Below, piece after piece: positions 32,801-42,980 of a stretch of DNA of 64,000 nt. The position numbers and the translations under genes are program-made. Numbering within the stretch: position 1 is the stretch's first letter; each line of letters begins with the position of its first letter. Source of the stretch: Blastocatellia bacterium (GTDB lineage: Bacteria > Acidobacteriota > Blastocatellia > HR10). The notes under the pieces are model-generated. The model searched no databases. It saw only the letters and a list, made by a program, of their open reading frames with translations, and was not told the origin of the DNA. The stretch is from assembly GCA_025055075.1 (NCBI GenBank), contig JANWYV010000035.1, forward strand, positions 11,163 to 75,162, in the 5' to 3' direction.

Positions 32801-33102
32801 AGGACGATTCCCTCGCGGATCTCGGTTTTGAATCCTGTCGCTTGAGCCGTGATGGCATACGAATCGGCGGGCAACTGCGTGATCACGTAATCCCCCGAGT
32901 TGTTCGTCACCGCCGTTCGCGTCCACCCCTTGCTTACGTTCCGAACGATGATCGTCGCGCCGGGGATCACGGCTCCCGATTGATCCCTCACTGTCCCTCG
33001 AAGCGTCGCCGTGAACCCCTGCGGGTTCGCGAAGACACACCATAGACTGGCTATGGAGAGGATGAGGAACGACATCGCGGCCTTCATCGCCATCGCCTTC
33101 AT
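29860..33102 (-). CDS. TonB-dependent receptor with N-terminal carboxypeptidase-regulatory-like domain (Oar-like), start MKAMAMKAAM
   Basis: signal peptide, CarbopepD_reg-like beta-sandwich (TLRGTVRDQSGAVIPGATIIVRN), TonB plug/barrel, C-terminal aromatic (KFIF); AGGAGG RBS. Confidence 0.85.
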   Translation of the reverse strand: MKAMAMKAAMSFLILSIASLWCVFANPQGFTATLRGTVRDQSGAVIPGATIIVRNVSKGWTRTAVTNNSGDYVITQLPADSYAITAQATGFKTEIREGIVLQVGQEARLDFTLVVGGLEEQVVVTAGAPLVQSENAMVGNVIDEQKVKELPLNGREFWQLAQLAPNVFNPPQGSTLGFRGGFNVAGNPEVNNYFLLDGIDNNDETTMQPTHRPSVDGIREFKVLTGIYSAEYGRHSGGQIIITTKSGTNEFHGTVFEFLRNDNLDARNFFLRGPKPELKRHQFGFSAGGPIVRDRAFFFVTYEGLRLTEGVARLATVPTEKMRRGDLSEIATPIRDPQTGQPFPGNRIPEDRIHRISRALLDFWPLPNQPGLANNYAFNAVRTQNQNQFSVRVDHKFSEANSFFASYQFMQRENFEPSNPLCGDRVIPGFGCTEPERTQHIAIVDTHVFSPRFLNEFRIGYNRLRTNRFHEDMALGNMVQKLGIPQGGPDGLAGPEFFNTGLPQVRVSGFAIIGGPTNLPQGRRTNTYHIANSVTYTGGDHTVKAGADVKRFLFNSFFTQFGRGDFFFNGQFTGNAFADFLLGLLRSTSRAPGEPFSNTYTTQAGFYVQDDWKVSPKLTLNIGLRYELNFPELERVNKMSSFDPKTGFVPVADGRLINVDANGNLVTVGRSPFGRRLWRLDKNNFAPRFGFAYRIFGDNRTVLRGGYGIFYNQIVAGNGLSQMYRGIPFRIRQTFTNTTTRVLATWERPFPPGVAAGGFTPHGINYDFPSAYMQQWSLGIQREVTSDLLVEVTYLGSKGTRLPLLFDINQPEPGPGPIQARRPWPQWSNVFWRDAVGTSSYHGFSLRIERRFAQGLSLLTSWTISKSIDLGAPPSTSGIGEAAVQNPRNLRAERGLSEFDARHRFVTSFVYELPIGRGRRWLSTAHPVLEHILGGWQITGILTLQSGRPFTVITTRDISNTGGENRPFVVGNPKLKKPTPDRWFNTDAFSDTLPPGVYAYGNAGRNILIADGINNLDLGLFKNFRLGEERRLQFRAEFFNAANHANFGIPERNRASSAFGKVNATTTLNRQIQFGLKFIF

Positions 33103-33352
33103 CTTCCTCGCCTCCTTAGTTTGGGATGTGACAGTAACGATGCCCACTATAGCACGCATTGAGAAAATCTGTCAACACATCCCATCAGCATCAGCGTGCT
33201 GGACGTTATGCGCGTAACGCTTACCTGAGCAAAAGCGTATTCCTTATAGCTGAGGAACAACGTGAACGGAAGGGAGAGACTTCATGCGGGCGAGGAGAAG
33301 CCGACCAAGACCTTCATGGGGAGACATTTGGACGATCGAGAGGCCTTTCCTC

Positions 33353-34552
33353 ATGGGTGCGCTCTTCATTGGGGCGACCTTGATTCTGAGCGGATGTCGA
33401 AGCGGATCTCCGGCCTCGAGCGCGCAAAACCCGATTGTGGGCGATCCGGCCTCTCCGAAGCTTGTGCGGACGGCGCGCGTCATGGTTTGGCCTTTTGAGG
33501 ATACGATATCGGTCATGGGGACGCTGGCGGCTTACGATCAAGCGACGCTGCGGGTGAAGGTTCCCGGGCGGTTGCAGATGATCACCGTGGATTTCGGCAG
33601 CGTCGTGCGCCAGGGGCAATTGATCGCCCAGATTGAACCCCGCGACTACCAATTGCGCGTGGAGCAAGCTGAAGCAGCATTGGCGCAGGCGCGTGCGCGT
33701 TTGGGATTGCCCCTGGAAGGGACGGACGATCGCGTGGATCCCGAGCAGACCGCGCTGGTCCGCCAAGCGCGTGCCGTTTTAGAAGAAGCGCGTGCCAATT
33801 ACGAACGCTCGACCCGGCTGTTTGAAGAAGGCGTCATCTCGCGCTCGCGCTTCGACGCCGACGAAGCGGCGTATAAGGTCGCGCTCGGCCGCTATCAGGA
33901 CGCTCTGGAGGAGGTGCGCAATCGTCAGGCGCTTCTCGCTCAGCGGCGCTCGGAGCTTGCGCTCGCACGGCAACAATTGGCTGATACAGCCCTTTATGCG
34001 CCTTTTGATGGCGTCGTACAAGAGCGGCACACGAGCGTCGGGGAGTTTCTCGCCGTCGGCTCCCCCGTGGTGACGATCGTGCGAATGGATCCGTTGCGGC
34101 TGCGCGCTGAGGTTCCGGAGCGCGAAGCCCACCGGGTGCGCCCCGGACAACGCGTGCGCGTGACGGTCGAAGGCGACCCCACGATCTACACCGGCCAGAT
34201 CGTGCGCCTCAGTCCGACGATCGCACTGCAAAACCGCATGCTCGTCGTCGAGGCCGAAGTGCGTAACAACGGGCAGCTTCGTCCGGGCGCCTTCGCGCGC
34301 GTGGAGATCCTCACCGGAGAAGGGCGCTCGGCGCCCGTTGTCCCCCCCAATGCCATTGTGAGCTTCGCCGGATTGGAGAAGGTCTTTGTCGTGCAACAGG
34401 GGAGAGCTGTTGAGAAGCGGGTGATGACCGGTCGCCGCACGGGGGAAAGGGTGGAGATTCTCTCCGGACTCGAACCGGGGGAGGAGGTCATCCTCGATCC
34501 AGGTAATCTGCAGCCGGGGCAAGCCGTCGTCTCCGTGCGCGAGCGATCGTGA
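33353..34552 (+). CDS. efflux RND transporter periplasmic adaptor subunit (MFP) lipoprotein; track ORF starts at 33284, lipobox LILSGC suggests start at 33353
   Basis: HlyD/AcrA-like coiled-coil and beta-barrel sequence. Confidence 0.8.
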   Translation: MGALFIGATLILSGCRSGSPASSAQNPIVGDPASPKLVRTARVMVWPFEDTISVMGTLAAYDQATLRVKVPGRLQMITVDFGSVVRQGQLIAQIEPRDYQLRVEQAEAALAQARARLGLPLEGTDDRVDPEQTALVRQARAVLEEARANYERSTRLFEEGVISRSRFDADEAAYKVALGRYQDALEEVRNRQALLAQRRSELALARQQLADTALYAPFDGVVQERHTSVGEFLAVGSPVVTIVRMDPLRLRAEVPEREAHRVRPGQRVRVTVEGDPTIYTGQIVRLSPTIALQNRMLVVEAEVRNNGQLRPGAFARVEILTGEGRSAPVVPPNAIVSFAGLEKVFVVQQGRAVEKRVMTGRRTGERVEILSGLEPGEEVILDPGNLQPGQAVVSVRERS

Positions 34553-34581
34553 CCGGCTGGTGACACCAGGAGGAGAAACCC

Positions 34582-37500
34582 ATGCAAAAACTCGCGGAGA
34601 TTTGTATTCGACGTCCCGTCTTCGCCACGAATATCATCCTCGCTCTGGTCGTCGTTGGCGCGGCGAGCTATTTTCGCCTCGGCGTGGATCGTTTCCCCTC
34701 AGTGGATCTACCGACGGTGAGCGTGCGCACGGTCTTGCCCGGCGCATCGCCTGAGGAGGTCGAGACGCAAGTCTCGCAACGCATCGAAGAGGCCGTCAAC
34801 ACGATCGAAGGCATCTACGAGCTGCGCTCCATCTCCGGCCCCGGCGTCTCGATTGTCATCGTGACCTTCAATCTGGATCGTGACATTGACGCTGCCGCTC
34901 AAGATGTCCGCGATCGCGTGGCGACGGTGCTGCGGGATCTGCCGCGCGACGCGGAACCGCCCATCATCTCCAAGTTCAACAATGACCTCTCTCCAGTGCT
35001 GACGATTGCTCTCTCAGCCGATCGGCCGCTGCGGGAGTTGACCGAATTGGCCGACAAGATCGTGAAGCGGCAACTGGAGCGCTCCGAAGGCGTCGGCGAA
35101 GTGCGCGTGGTCGGCGGCTTGGAGCGTGCCATCAATATTTGGATTGATGCCCATCGGCTGGCGGCCTACCAGATTCCGATCACGGCCGTGCGGGAAGCCA
35201 TCGCGCGTCAGAACGCGGACATCCCGGGCGGCAACGTGACGGCTGGGCCGCATGAGCAGACGCTCCGCACCATGGGGCGCCTCACCGATCCGAAGCAGTT
35301 CGACGATCTGGTCATCGCCACCATCAACGGGATGCCCATCCGCGTGCGCGACATCGGGTGGGCGGAAGATGGGACGAAAGAGCAACGCTCGTTCGCTCGA
35401 CTGAATGGCGTCCCGACGGTGACGCTCGAAATCCGACGCCAGTCCGGAGCCAACACAGTCGCGGTCATCGAAGGGGTCAAAGCCCGACTGGCGCGCGTCC
35501 AGGCGCAGCTCCCGCCCGACGTGCGGATGGAGATCATCCGGGATCAGTCGCGGTACATCTACGCGGCGCTCCATGAGATCAACATGCATCTGCTGGCCGG
35601 CAGTCTGTTGGCCTGCTTGGTCGTTCTCCTCTTCATGCGGAGCTGGCGCTCGACGTTGATCGCGAGCGTGGCGATTCCCGCCTCGGTCATCTCCACCTTC
35701 GGCATGATGCGCGCCTTGGATTTCACCCTCAACAGCGTGACGATGCTGGCCCTCGTGCTCATGGTCGGCATCGTCATTGACGACGCCATCGTCGTCCTGG
35801 AGAACATTTTCCGTTTCGTCGAAGAGAAGAAGATGCGCCCTCTTGAGGCGGCGCGCGCGGCGACGGCCGAAATCGGCCTCGCCGTCACGGCGACGACGCT
35901 CAGCCTCGCCGTCATCTTCATCCCCGTCTCCTTCATGTCCTCGATCTCGGGGCGCTTCCTCTATCAATTCGGCATCACGGCGGCGGTGGCCGTGATGGTC
36001 AGCCTCTTGGTCTCCTTTACGCTGACGCCGATGCTGAGCGCGCGCCTGTTGCGCGCTGAGGATGCTTCCGGGAATACCGGTGTCGCCAGATCGCGAACTG
36101 GCTTTTACGCCGGATTGGAACGGGGATACCTGGCCATCCTCGCCTTCGCCATGCGTCATCGGGTGCTCGTCGCCGGGGCGGCCGTCCTGGTGATGCTCTC
36201 TTCGATCCCGCTCTACCAGATCCTGCGCCAGGAATACATCCCCAGCGACGTGGATGAGGCGGAATTCGAGGTCAATGTGACGGCTCCCGAGGGCACGAGC
36301 ATCGCCGCCATGGATGAGATCATGCGAGCTATTGAGGCCGACCTGCGAGCGACGCGAGGCGTGCGTTTGGTCCTCGCCTCGGCCGGCGGGGGATTTCTCG
36401 GCAACGTCAATCAGGGGAGCGTCTACGTCCGCATCGCTCCTCACGAAGAGCGGCGATTCTCCTTGGCGCGCCTCTGGCGCGAGACGCTCAAAGGGCGCCC
36501 GCTCGATGCGTTTCGCGGAAATTACACGCAACGCGATGTCATGCAAGAGGTGCGTCGCCGTTTGCGTAAGTACTCCGATCTCCGAATTGCGGTGCGCAAT
36601 GCCCCCTCGTTCAATATCGGCGGAGGCAATTTCGACATCGATTTCGTCATCCGAGGTCCGGATCTCGAGCAGCTCGCCGCCTATGCGGAACGCCTGCGGC
36701 AGCAAGCCGATGCGCTGGGCATCGTAGATGCCGACACGACACTGAAGCTGGATAAGCCCGAATTGCGCGTCGAGATCGATCGGGATCGCGCGGCGGCACT
36801 CGGCGTTTCCACCGAGGACATCGCAACGGCGTTGCGCATCATGGTCGGCGGGGATGAGAGGGTCTCGCGGTTCCTCGATCCGACGCTCAATGAGGACTAC
36901 TATGTCCAACTTCGATTGACCGAGGGCGACCGCAACGATCCACAGACGATCTCGCGCTTGTACGTGCCGAGCCGCGGCGGGGGATTGGTGCGGTTGGACA
37001 ACGTAGTGCGGTTGGTCCCGGCGCGCATCGCCTCGCGAATCGATCGCTTGGATCGGCAACGGCAAGTCAGTTTGCGCGCGCAGGTCGCGCCAGGTTATGG
37101 TTTGGCCGATCGCCTCCAAGCGCTGCGCGCGGCCGCGGCGGAGTTGAACATGCCCCCCGCCTATACGATCAGCATCGCCGGACGCGGGCGCGAGCTGGAG
37201 CGCACCTTCCGCGAATTCGTCTGGGCATTCCTGCTGTCGGTCATCTTCATGTACATGATCTTGGCCTCGCAATTCGAGAGCTGGGTGCATCCGTTCACGA
37301 TCCTGCTCTCGCTGCCGCTCTCGGCGCCGTTCGCCTTGCTCTCGCTCTGGGCGACGGGCAACACGCTCAATCTCTACTCCGCGCTGGGATTCCTCGTGCT
37401 CTTCGGCGTGGTCAAGAAGAATGCGATCCTTCAGATCGACCACACGAACCAGCTCCGCGCGCAGGGGATGGATCGGCTTTCGGCCATCCTGCAGGCGAAT

Positions 37501-37872
37501 CGCGATCGGCTGCGTCCGATTTTGATGACGACGCTCACGCTGGTGGCTGGCATGATCCCGATGGCTATCGGGACCGGTCCGGGCGCTGAAGAGCGACGGG
37601 CCGTCGCCGTCGTCGTCATCGGTGGACAATCGCTCTGTCTGCTGTTGACGCTGATTGTCACGCCGGTGGCGTATTCGATCTTCGATGACATCGGCGCGAT
37701 GGCCTTCTGGCGAACGTTGGCGGAACGCCTGCGCGTGACGCTCGAACTGGTGCGACGGCCGCTTGGCGCTATCTTCGGAGGGCGTCAGGTCACCGCTCAT
37801 TCGCGTGCCGTCGCCCCTCTGTTCGAGCGCGAAGAGCGCGAAGTTGAAATCAGCCCCAAGAGTGGCGATTAG
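34582..37872 (+). CDS. RND efflux pump, AcrB/HAE1 family inner-membrane transporter
   Basis: 1096 aa, 12 TM, AcrB family N-terminus MQKLAEICIRRPVFATNIILAL. Confidence 0.9.
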   Translation: MQKLAEICIRRPVFATNIILALVVVGAASYFRLGVDRFPSVDLPTVSVRTVLPGASPEEVETQVSQRIEEAVNTIEGIYELRSISGPGVSIVIVTFNLDRDIDAAAQDVRDRVATVLRDLPRDAEPPIISKFNNDLSPVLTIALSADRPLRELTELADKIVKRQLERSEGVGEVRVVGGLERAINIWIDAHRLAAYQIPITAVREAIARQNADIPGGNVTAGPHEQTLRTMGRLTDPKQFDDLVIATINGMPIRVRDIGWAEDGTKEQRSFARLNGVPTVTLEIRRQSGANTVAVIEGVKARLARVQAQLPPDVRMEIIRDQSRYIYAALHEINMHLLAGSLLACLVVLLFMRSWRSTLIASVAIPASVISTFGMMRALDFTLNSVTMLALVLMVGIVIDDAIVVLENIFRFVEEKKMRPLEAARAATAEIGLAVTATTLSLAVIFIPVSFMSSISGRFLYQFGITAAVAVMVSLLVSFTLTPMLSARLLRAEDASGNTGVARSRTGFYAGLERGYLAILAFAMRHRVLVAGAAVLVMLSSIPLYQILRQEYIPSDVDEAEFEVNVTAPEGTSIAAMDEIMRAIEADLRATRGVRLVLASAGGGFLGNVNQGSVYVRIAPHEERRFSLARLWRETLKGRPLDAFRGNYTQRDVMQEVRRRLRKYSDLRIAVRNAPSFNIGGGNFDIDFVIRGPDLEQLAAYAERLRQQADALGIVDADTTLKLDKPELRVEIDRDRAAALGVSTEDIATALRIMVGGDERVSRFLDPTLNEDYYVQLRLTEGDRNDPQTISRLYVPSRGGGLVRLDNVVRLVPARIASRIDRLDRQRQVSLRAQVAPGYGLADRLQALRAAAAELNMPPAYTISIAGRGRELERTFREFVWAFLLSVIFMYMILASQFESWVHPFTILLSLPLSAPFALLSLWATGNTLNLYSALGFLVLFGVVKKNAILQIDHTNQLRAQGMDRLSAILQANRDRLRPILMTTLTLVAGMIPMAIGTGPGAEERRAVAVVVIGGQSLCLLLTLIVTPVAYSIFDDIGAMAFWRTLAERLRVTLELVRRPLGAIFGGRQVTAHSRAVAPLFEREEREVEISPKSGD

Positions 37873-38079
37873 ACATGGCGCGCGGGAGTCACGGTTCGGA
37901 CAGCGCTTGCTCTCCCACCTCCGTCTCTCGCCAGGAGAGGAGTCGTCCCTTTGCGCGCTCCTTCCGGGACTCCGAAGAGGAACGCACCATGTCGCGTCCC
38001 CATTGGGCGATCGCTTGTGTTCCCCGCTCCGCCGACGTGAGCGGGCGCACGGCGAGAACAAACTAAGGAGGGAAACGTC

Positions 38080-41000
38080 ATGAAGCATAAGAGGAGACTG
38101 CTCGGAAGAAGCCTCTCGCTTTTCCTTGCGAGTGCCCTCATCCTCGCTCCCTCAGTCTTTCCCCAAACGAAGGAGAAAGCGCGGCCCACTCCGGCCGCTC
38201 AGAAACTCGATGAGGGGTACACGGCCAAGATCCGCGAATATACGACCGAGCCATTCTTCCTGACCGAGTTGGTAGATCATCTGCCGGCTTCCGATACGGT
38301 GCCCACGCCGGAGAAAGTGCTCGGTTACATCATCGGCGCACCGAATAAGCTGACGTACACGAAGGACATCTACCGCTACATGCGCGAGTTGGAGAAAGCG
38401 ACGCCGCGGGTGAAGGTCTTCACAATGGGCTATTCGGAAGAAGGGCGAGAGATGATTTTGGTCGTCATCTCCGATGACGCGAATATGCGCCGGCTGGAGC
38501 GCTACAAAGAGATCACGGCTCGACTGGCCGATCCGCGCACGCTCACCGACGAAGAGGCCAAGCGGTTGATCGCCGAAGGACTGCCCATGTATTGGGCGAC
38601 TGGCGCGATCCATTCGCCGGAGACCGGCTCGCCCGAGATGCTCATGGAGCTGGCCTATCGGCTCGCCGTCGAGGAGACGCCCTTCATCCAGGAGATCCGA
38701 AAGAATCTGATCGTGCTCATCACGCCTGTCGTCGAGGTGGACGGACGCGACCGCCAAGTCGATCTCTACAACTATCGCAAGGCCAATCCCAATAAGCCCG
38801 CGCCGAACTTGATCTACTGGGGGAAGTACGTCGCTCACGACAACAATCGCGACATGATGTCACTCTCGCTGGCGCTCAGCCGACATATGATGCGGACTTT
38901 CTTGGAGTGGCATCCGCAGGTGTTGCACGATCTACACGAATCGGTCCCCTTCCTCTACACCTCGACGGGAACGGGGCCATATAACGCGTGGATTGACCCG
39001 ATCTTGATCAACGAATGGCACCTGTTGGCCTATCACGAGATCGAGGAGATGACCAAGCGGGGCGTGCCCGGAGTGTGGACGCATGGATTCTACGACGGAT
39101 GGGCGCCCAACTACATGTTCTATGTCGCCAATGGACACAATGCGATCGGGCGATTCTACGAGACCTTCGGTGGGCGCGGAGCGGACACAGGCGAGCGTAC
39201 TGTTCCGGCCGCGCAAACGACGCGGACATGGTACCGGCCGAATCCTCCACTGCCGCGTGTTCGCTGGTCGTTTCGCAACAATATCAATCTGCAGCAGAGC
39301 GCTTTGCTCTTCGCGATGAACTTCGTGGCGCGGAACAAGGAGCGGTTCTTGCACAATTTCTATCTCAAGAGCAAGCGCTCGGTATTGAAGGCGACCACTG
39401 AAGGCCCGGCGGCGTGGGTCATTCCGGCCGATGATCCGCGCCCGGTCGAATGCGCGGAACTCGTCAACCTCCTTCGGTTACAAGGCGTCGAAGTCCACAC
39501 GGCGGACCGCGAGATCGAAGTGACGGTGACCGACGGGCGAGAGGAGAAGAAGGTCACTTTCCCACCCGGCAGCTACATTATCCGCATGGATCAACCCTAC
39601 AGCCGCATGGCCGATATGTTGCTCGATACGCAGTATTACAATCCGAACGATCCGCGCCCCTACGATGATACGGGCTGGTCGCTCGGGGCCCTGAAGAACG
39701 TGCGGACTGTGCGCGTGACGGACACGGCGATCTTGAAAGCCCCGATGACCCTCCTGACCTCGGATGTGAAGGTTCGGGGGCGAATCATCGGACCGGCGGC
39801 GACGGCCGGATACCTCATCAATCACAACACGGACAACACCCTGGCGACATTTCGCTTCCGGTTGAGGGACGTGCGCATGCTCGCCGCTGAAGAACCATTT
39901 GAAGCGCTCGGTCGCGCGTTCAATGCTGGTTCGTTCATCATCCCGACCGAGGGGAATCCGCCGGACTTGCGCGCGCGTCTCGAACAAGCGATTGCAGACC
40001 TCGGCCTCACCGTATATGCCGTCGAGGAGTTGCCGAAAGTGCCCACCCATCCGATCGCCGTACCGCGCATCGCGCTCGTGCACACGTGGACGAACACGCA
40101 GAACGAAGGCTGGTTCCGTCTCGCCTTCGATCGCTTGCAAATCCCTTACGACTACGTCTCCGTGCACGTGCTGCGCGACACGCCGAACCTCCGCGACAAG
40201 TACGACGTGATCATCCTGGGACCGACTCCAGGCAGTGCGCAAGCGATCGTCAACGGCCTCCCGAAGCGCGGCGATCCCATCCCGTGGAAGAAGAGCGACC
40301 TGACGCCGAACATCGGCACATCCCCAGACCAAACGGATGACATCCGAGGAGGGATCGAGCTGGAAGGTATGGTCAACCTCAAGCGCTTCATCGAGCAGGG
40401 AGGACTGTTCGTCACGATCGGAAGTAATGCCGCCCTCCCCATCGACTACGGATTGATCCAAGGCGTCTCCATCGTTCAAACGCGCGAGCTGCAAGCGCGC
40501 GGCGGCGTGTATCGCGCCGTGTTCGCCGACAGGCGGAGCCCCATCGCTTACGGCTACGGGGATCACCTCGCCGTGTACTTCAATCAAGCGCCCGTGTTTC
40601 AAGTGAGCCTGACTGGCGGCCTGGGCGGAGGAAGCGGAGCTTTCGGCGCGCAACAGCAACAACCGACTGGGCGACCGAGCGGACGTGGCTCGCTCACCGA
40701 TCCCGATATCCCCCAAGGACGACCGTATGTGCCGCCGCCACCCTCTCCGCGTCCGGGAGAGGAATCGGGAATCCCGGAAGAAGTGAGCGAGTTCGTGCGC
40801 GCATTCCTCCCTCCGCCGGAGGCGCGACCGCGCATCGTCTTGCGCTTCGCCGAAGAGCGGGACCTGCTCATCGCCGGGATGCTTGCCGGAGGCCGCGAGC
40901 TGGCGAATCGTCCCGCCGTCATTGATGTCCCCGTCGGCAGAGGACACGTGCTCCTGTTCGCGAACAATCCGATGTGGCGACAGCAAACGCAAGGCAGCTT

Positions 41001-41100
41001 CTTCCTCCTCTTCAACGCCATGCTCCACTACGATCATCTTCACGTCGGACGACAACGGGCGCGCATCGAGGCCACCAGCGACGAAGAAGACTTGCAGTGA
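38080..41100 (+). CDS. secreted M14-family zinc metallopeptidase (carboxypeptidase-like) with large C-terminal extension
   Basis: signal peptide; zinc ligands HSPETGSPE (HxxE) and downstream His; strong AAGGAGGG RBS. Confidence 0.75.
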   Translation: MKHKRRLLGRSLSLFLASALILAPSVFPQTKEKARPTPAAQKLDEGYTAKIREYTTEPFFLTELVDHLPASDTVPTPEKVLGYIIGAPNKLTYTKDIYRYMRELEKATPRVKVFTMGYSEEGREMILVVISDDANMRRLERYKEITARLADPRTLTDEEAKRLIAEGLPMYWATGAIHSPETGSPEMLMELAYRLAVEETPFIQEIRKNLIVLITPVVEVDGRDRQVDLYNYRKANPNKPAPNLIYWGKYVAHDNNRDMMSLSLALSRHMMRTFLEWHPQVLHDLHESVPFLYTSTGTGPYNAWIDPILINEWHLLAYHEIEEMTKRGVPGVWTHGFYDGWAPNYMFYVANGHNAIGRFYETFGGRGADTGERTVPAAQTTRTWYRPNPPLPRVRWSFRNNINLQQSALLFAMNFVARNKERFLHNFYLKSKRSVLKATTEGPAAWVIPADDPRPVECAELVNLLRLQGVEVHTADREIEVTVTDGREEKKVTFPPGSYIIRMDQPYSRMADMLLDTQYYNPNDPRPYDDTGWSLGALKNVRTVRVTDTAILKAPMTLLTSDVKVRGRIIGPAATAGYLINHNTDNTLATFRFRLRDVRMLAAEEPFEALGRAFNAGSFIIPTEGNPPDLRARLEQAIADLGLTVYAVEELPKVPTHPIAVPRIALVHTWTNTQNEGWFRLAFDRLQIPYDYVSVHVLRDTPNLRDKYDVIILGPTPGSAQAIVNGLPKRGDPIPWKKSDLTPNIGTSPDQTDDIRGGIELEGMVNLKRFIEQGGLFVTIGSNAALPIDYGLIQGVSIVQTRELQARGGVYRAVFADRRSPIAYGYGDHLAVYFNQAPVFQVSLTGGLGGGSGAFGAQQQQPTGRPSGRGSLTDPDIPQGRPYVPPPPSPRPGEESGIPEEVSEFVRAFLPPPEARPRIVLRFAEERDLLIAGMLAGGRELANRPAVIDVPVGRGHVLLFANNPMWRQQTQGSFFLLFNAMLHYDHLHVGRQRARIEATSDEEDLQ

Positions 41101-41274
41101 ATACCGAAGCCAGCGAGCCCGCGAGGGGGAACGAAGGATTCGCTCCCCGAGAGGGCTCGCGGCGCGCGTCGTTTGAGCCCGACCGTCGTATGCGCCCGCG
41201 GGGGATTTTCGAGTATAATGCCCCCCGTATGCGGCAGCACGATCTTCGGCAGTGACCGCTTCCGGAGGGGCGAG

Positions 41275-42975
41275 ATGGGGAAAGGAAAACTCGTATGGGC
41301 GTTGACATTGGCGGTGATGCTGGAGCCACTACCGACGGGCGCGTTCGGCGGGCGGCCCGTTCGCGCTCGGCATGGTCTGGTGGCGTCCACGCATGAGATC
41401 GCTTCGCGCGTGGGCGTGGAGATTCTGCAGCGCGGAGGGAATGCTGTGGATGCGGCGGTGGCGGTTGCGCTGGCGCTCGCCGTCGTGCATCCGGCAGCGG
41501 GGAATCTGGGAGGAGGAGGCTTCATGCTCATTCGCCTGGCCGATGGGCGAACGACCGTGATTGATTATCGAGAGACGGCACCGACTCGCGCGCACCGCGA
41601 TATGTATGTGGACGAGAAGGGCGAGATCATTCCCGAAGCCTCGACCGTCGGACATCGCGCCGTCGCCGTCCCGGGAACGGTCGCCGGCATGGCGCTCGCT
41701 CTCGAAAAATATGGGACGATGTCCTGGGCGGACGTCTGCCGGCCCGCCGAACGACTCGCGCGCGAAGGCGTCGTACTCACCCATTTCGAGGCCGAGAGCT
41801 TGAAGCGAGCCGCACGACTCCTGTCTCGCTTTCCCGAAAGCCGGCGCATCTTCCTTCGCGATGGACGCTACTACGAAGAGGGCGAGGTCTTTCGCCAACC
41901 AGAGTTAGCCGACACTCTTCGACGGCTCATCGAGCACGGTCCGCGAGAGTTTTACGAGGGTGAGACGGCGCGCCGCATCGTCGCTGAGATGGAAGCCGGA
42001 GGGGGATTGATCACGCTCGAGGACCTGAAGAACTATCGCGCCGTCGAGCGCGAGCCGTTGCGCACGACCTATCGCGGATATGAGATCATCACTGTCCCCC
42101 CGCCCAGCTCTGGCGGCGTCGCCCTGATCGAAATGTTGCATATCCTGGAAGGCTTCGACTTGCGCGCGCTCGGTCATAATTCCGCTGAGTACGTGCATCT
42201 GCTCGTCGAGGCGATGCGGCGCGCGTTCGCCGATCGCGCGCGCTTCCTTGGCGATCCGGACTTCGCGCGCATTCCGGTGAAGGGACTCACCTCGCGCCGA
42301 TATGCGGAGGCGTTGCGTCGAACGATCGACCCCAAACGTGCGACTCCCAGCGCCACGCTCACCGGAGGCGACGCCTTCGCTTACGAATCCGAACAAACGA
42401 CGCATTTCACCGTCGTGGATGCGGCGGGTAATGTCGTCGCCAATACATACACGCTCAACGGCAGCTACGGAAGCGGAGTGACCGTTCGCGGAGCGGGATT
42501 CCTCTTGAACAACGAGATGGATGACTTCACGAGCAAGCCGGGCGCGCCCAACATGTTCGGACTCCTCCAGAGCGAAGCCAATCAGATCGCCCCTCGCAAG
42601 CGTCCGCTCTCGGCGATGACGCCCACGATCGTGCTCAAAGACGGTAAGCCATGGCTGGCGTTGGGTAGTCCGGGCGGCCCGACGATCATCAACACCGTCC
42701 TGCAGGTCATCCTCAACGTCATCGAGTTTGGGATGAATCTTCAGCAAGCCGTCGCAATGCCTCGCGTGCATCATCAATGGATGCCGGATCAGATCGTCTA
42801 CGAGCCCTTCGGGCTCTCACGGGATACGATCGAAGCGCTCCGAGCGCGCGGGCACACCTTGACGGAGAGGCCTCGTTACATGGGCGATGTGCAAGCCATC
42901 ATGATCGAGCCGGAGACGGGCATGCGCTTGGGGGCTTCCGATCCGCGCATGGATGGAAAGCCGGTGGGCTATTGA
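41275..42975 (+). CDS. ggt: gamma-glutamyltransferase (start MGKGKLVW)
   Basis: Ntn autoprocessing/nucleophile site QTTHFTVVD, GGxxG motif SPGGPTIIN; GGAGGGG RBS. Confidence 0.9.
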   Translation: MGKGKLVWALTLAVMLEPLPTGAFGGRPVRARHGLVASTHEIASRVGVEILQRGGNAVDAAVAVALALAVVHPAAGNLGGGGFMLIRLADGRTTVIDYRETAPTRAHRDMYVDEKGEIIPEASTVGHRAVAVPGTVAGMALALEKYGTMSWADVCRPAERLAREGVVLTHFEAESLKRAARLLSRFPESRRIFLRDGRYYEEGEVFRQPELADTLRRLIEHGPREFYEGETARRIVAEMEAGGGLITLEDLKNYRAVEREPLRTTYRGYEIITVPPPSSGGVALIEMLHILEGFDLRALGHNSAEYVHLLVEAMRRAFADRARFLGDPDFARIPVKGLTSRRYAEALRRTIDPKRATPSATLTGGDAFAYESEQTTHFTVVDAAGNVVANTYTLNGSYGSGVTVRGAGFLLNNEMDDFTSKPGAPNMFGLLQSEANQIAPRKRPLSAMTPTIVLKDGKPWLALGSPGGPTIINTVLQVILNVIEFGMNLQQAVAMPRVHHQWMPDQIVYEPFGLSRDTIEALRARGHTLTERPRYMGDVQAIMIEPETGMRLGASDPRMDGKPVGY

Positions 42976-42980
42976 GTCGT

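Noticed and set aside
37875-38066. 63-aa ORF between RND pump and M14 peptidase (possible precursor peptide)
   Set aside because: No RBS, arginine/serine-rich composition, overlaps the M14 RBS region; most likely a chance high-GC ORF.
35014-38088. 1024-aa minus-strand ORF
   Set aside because: Entirely antisense to the AcrB-family RND pump gene; Arg/Asp/His/Gly-rich low-complexity translation typical of non-coding frames in about 65% GC DNA.
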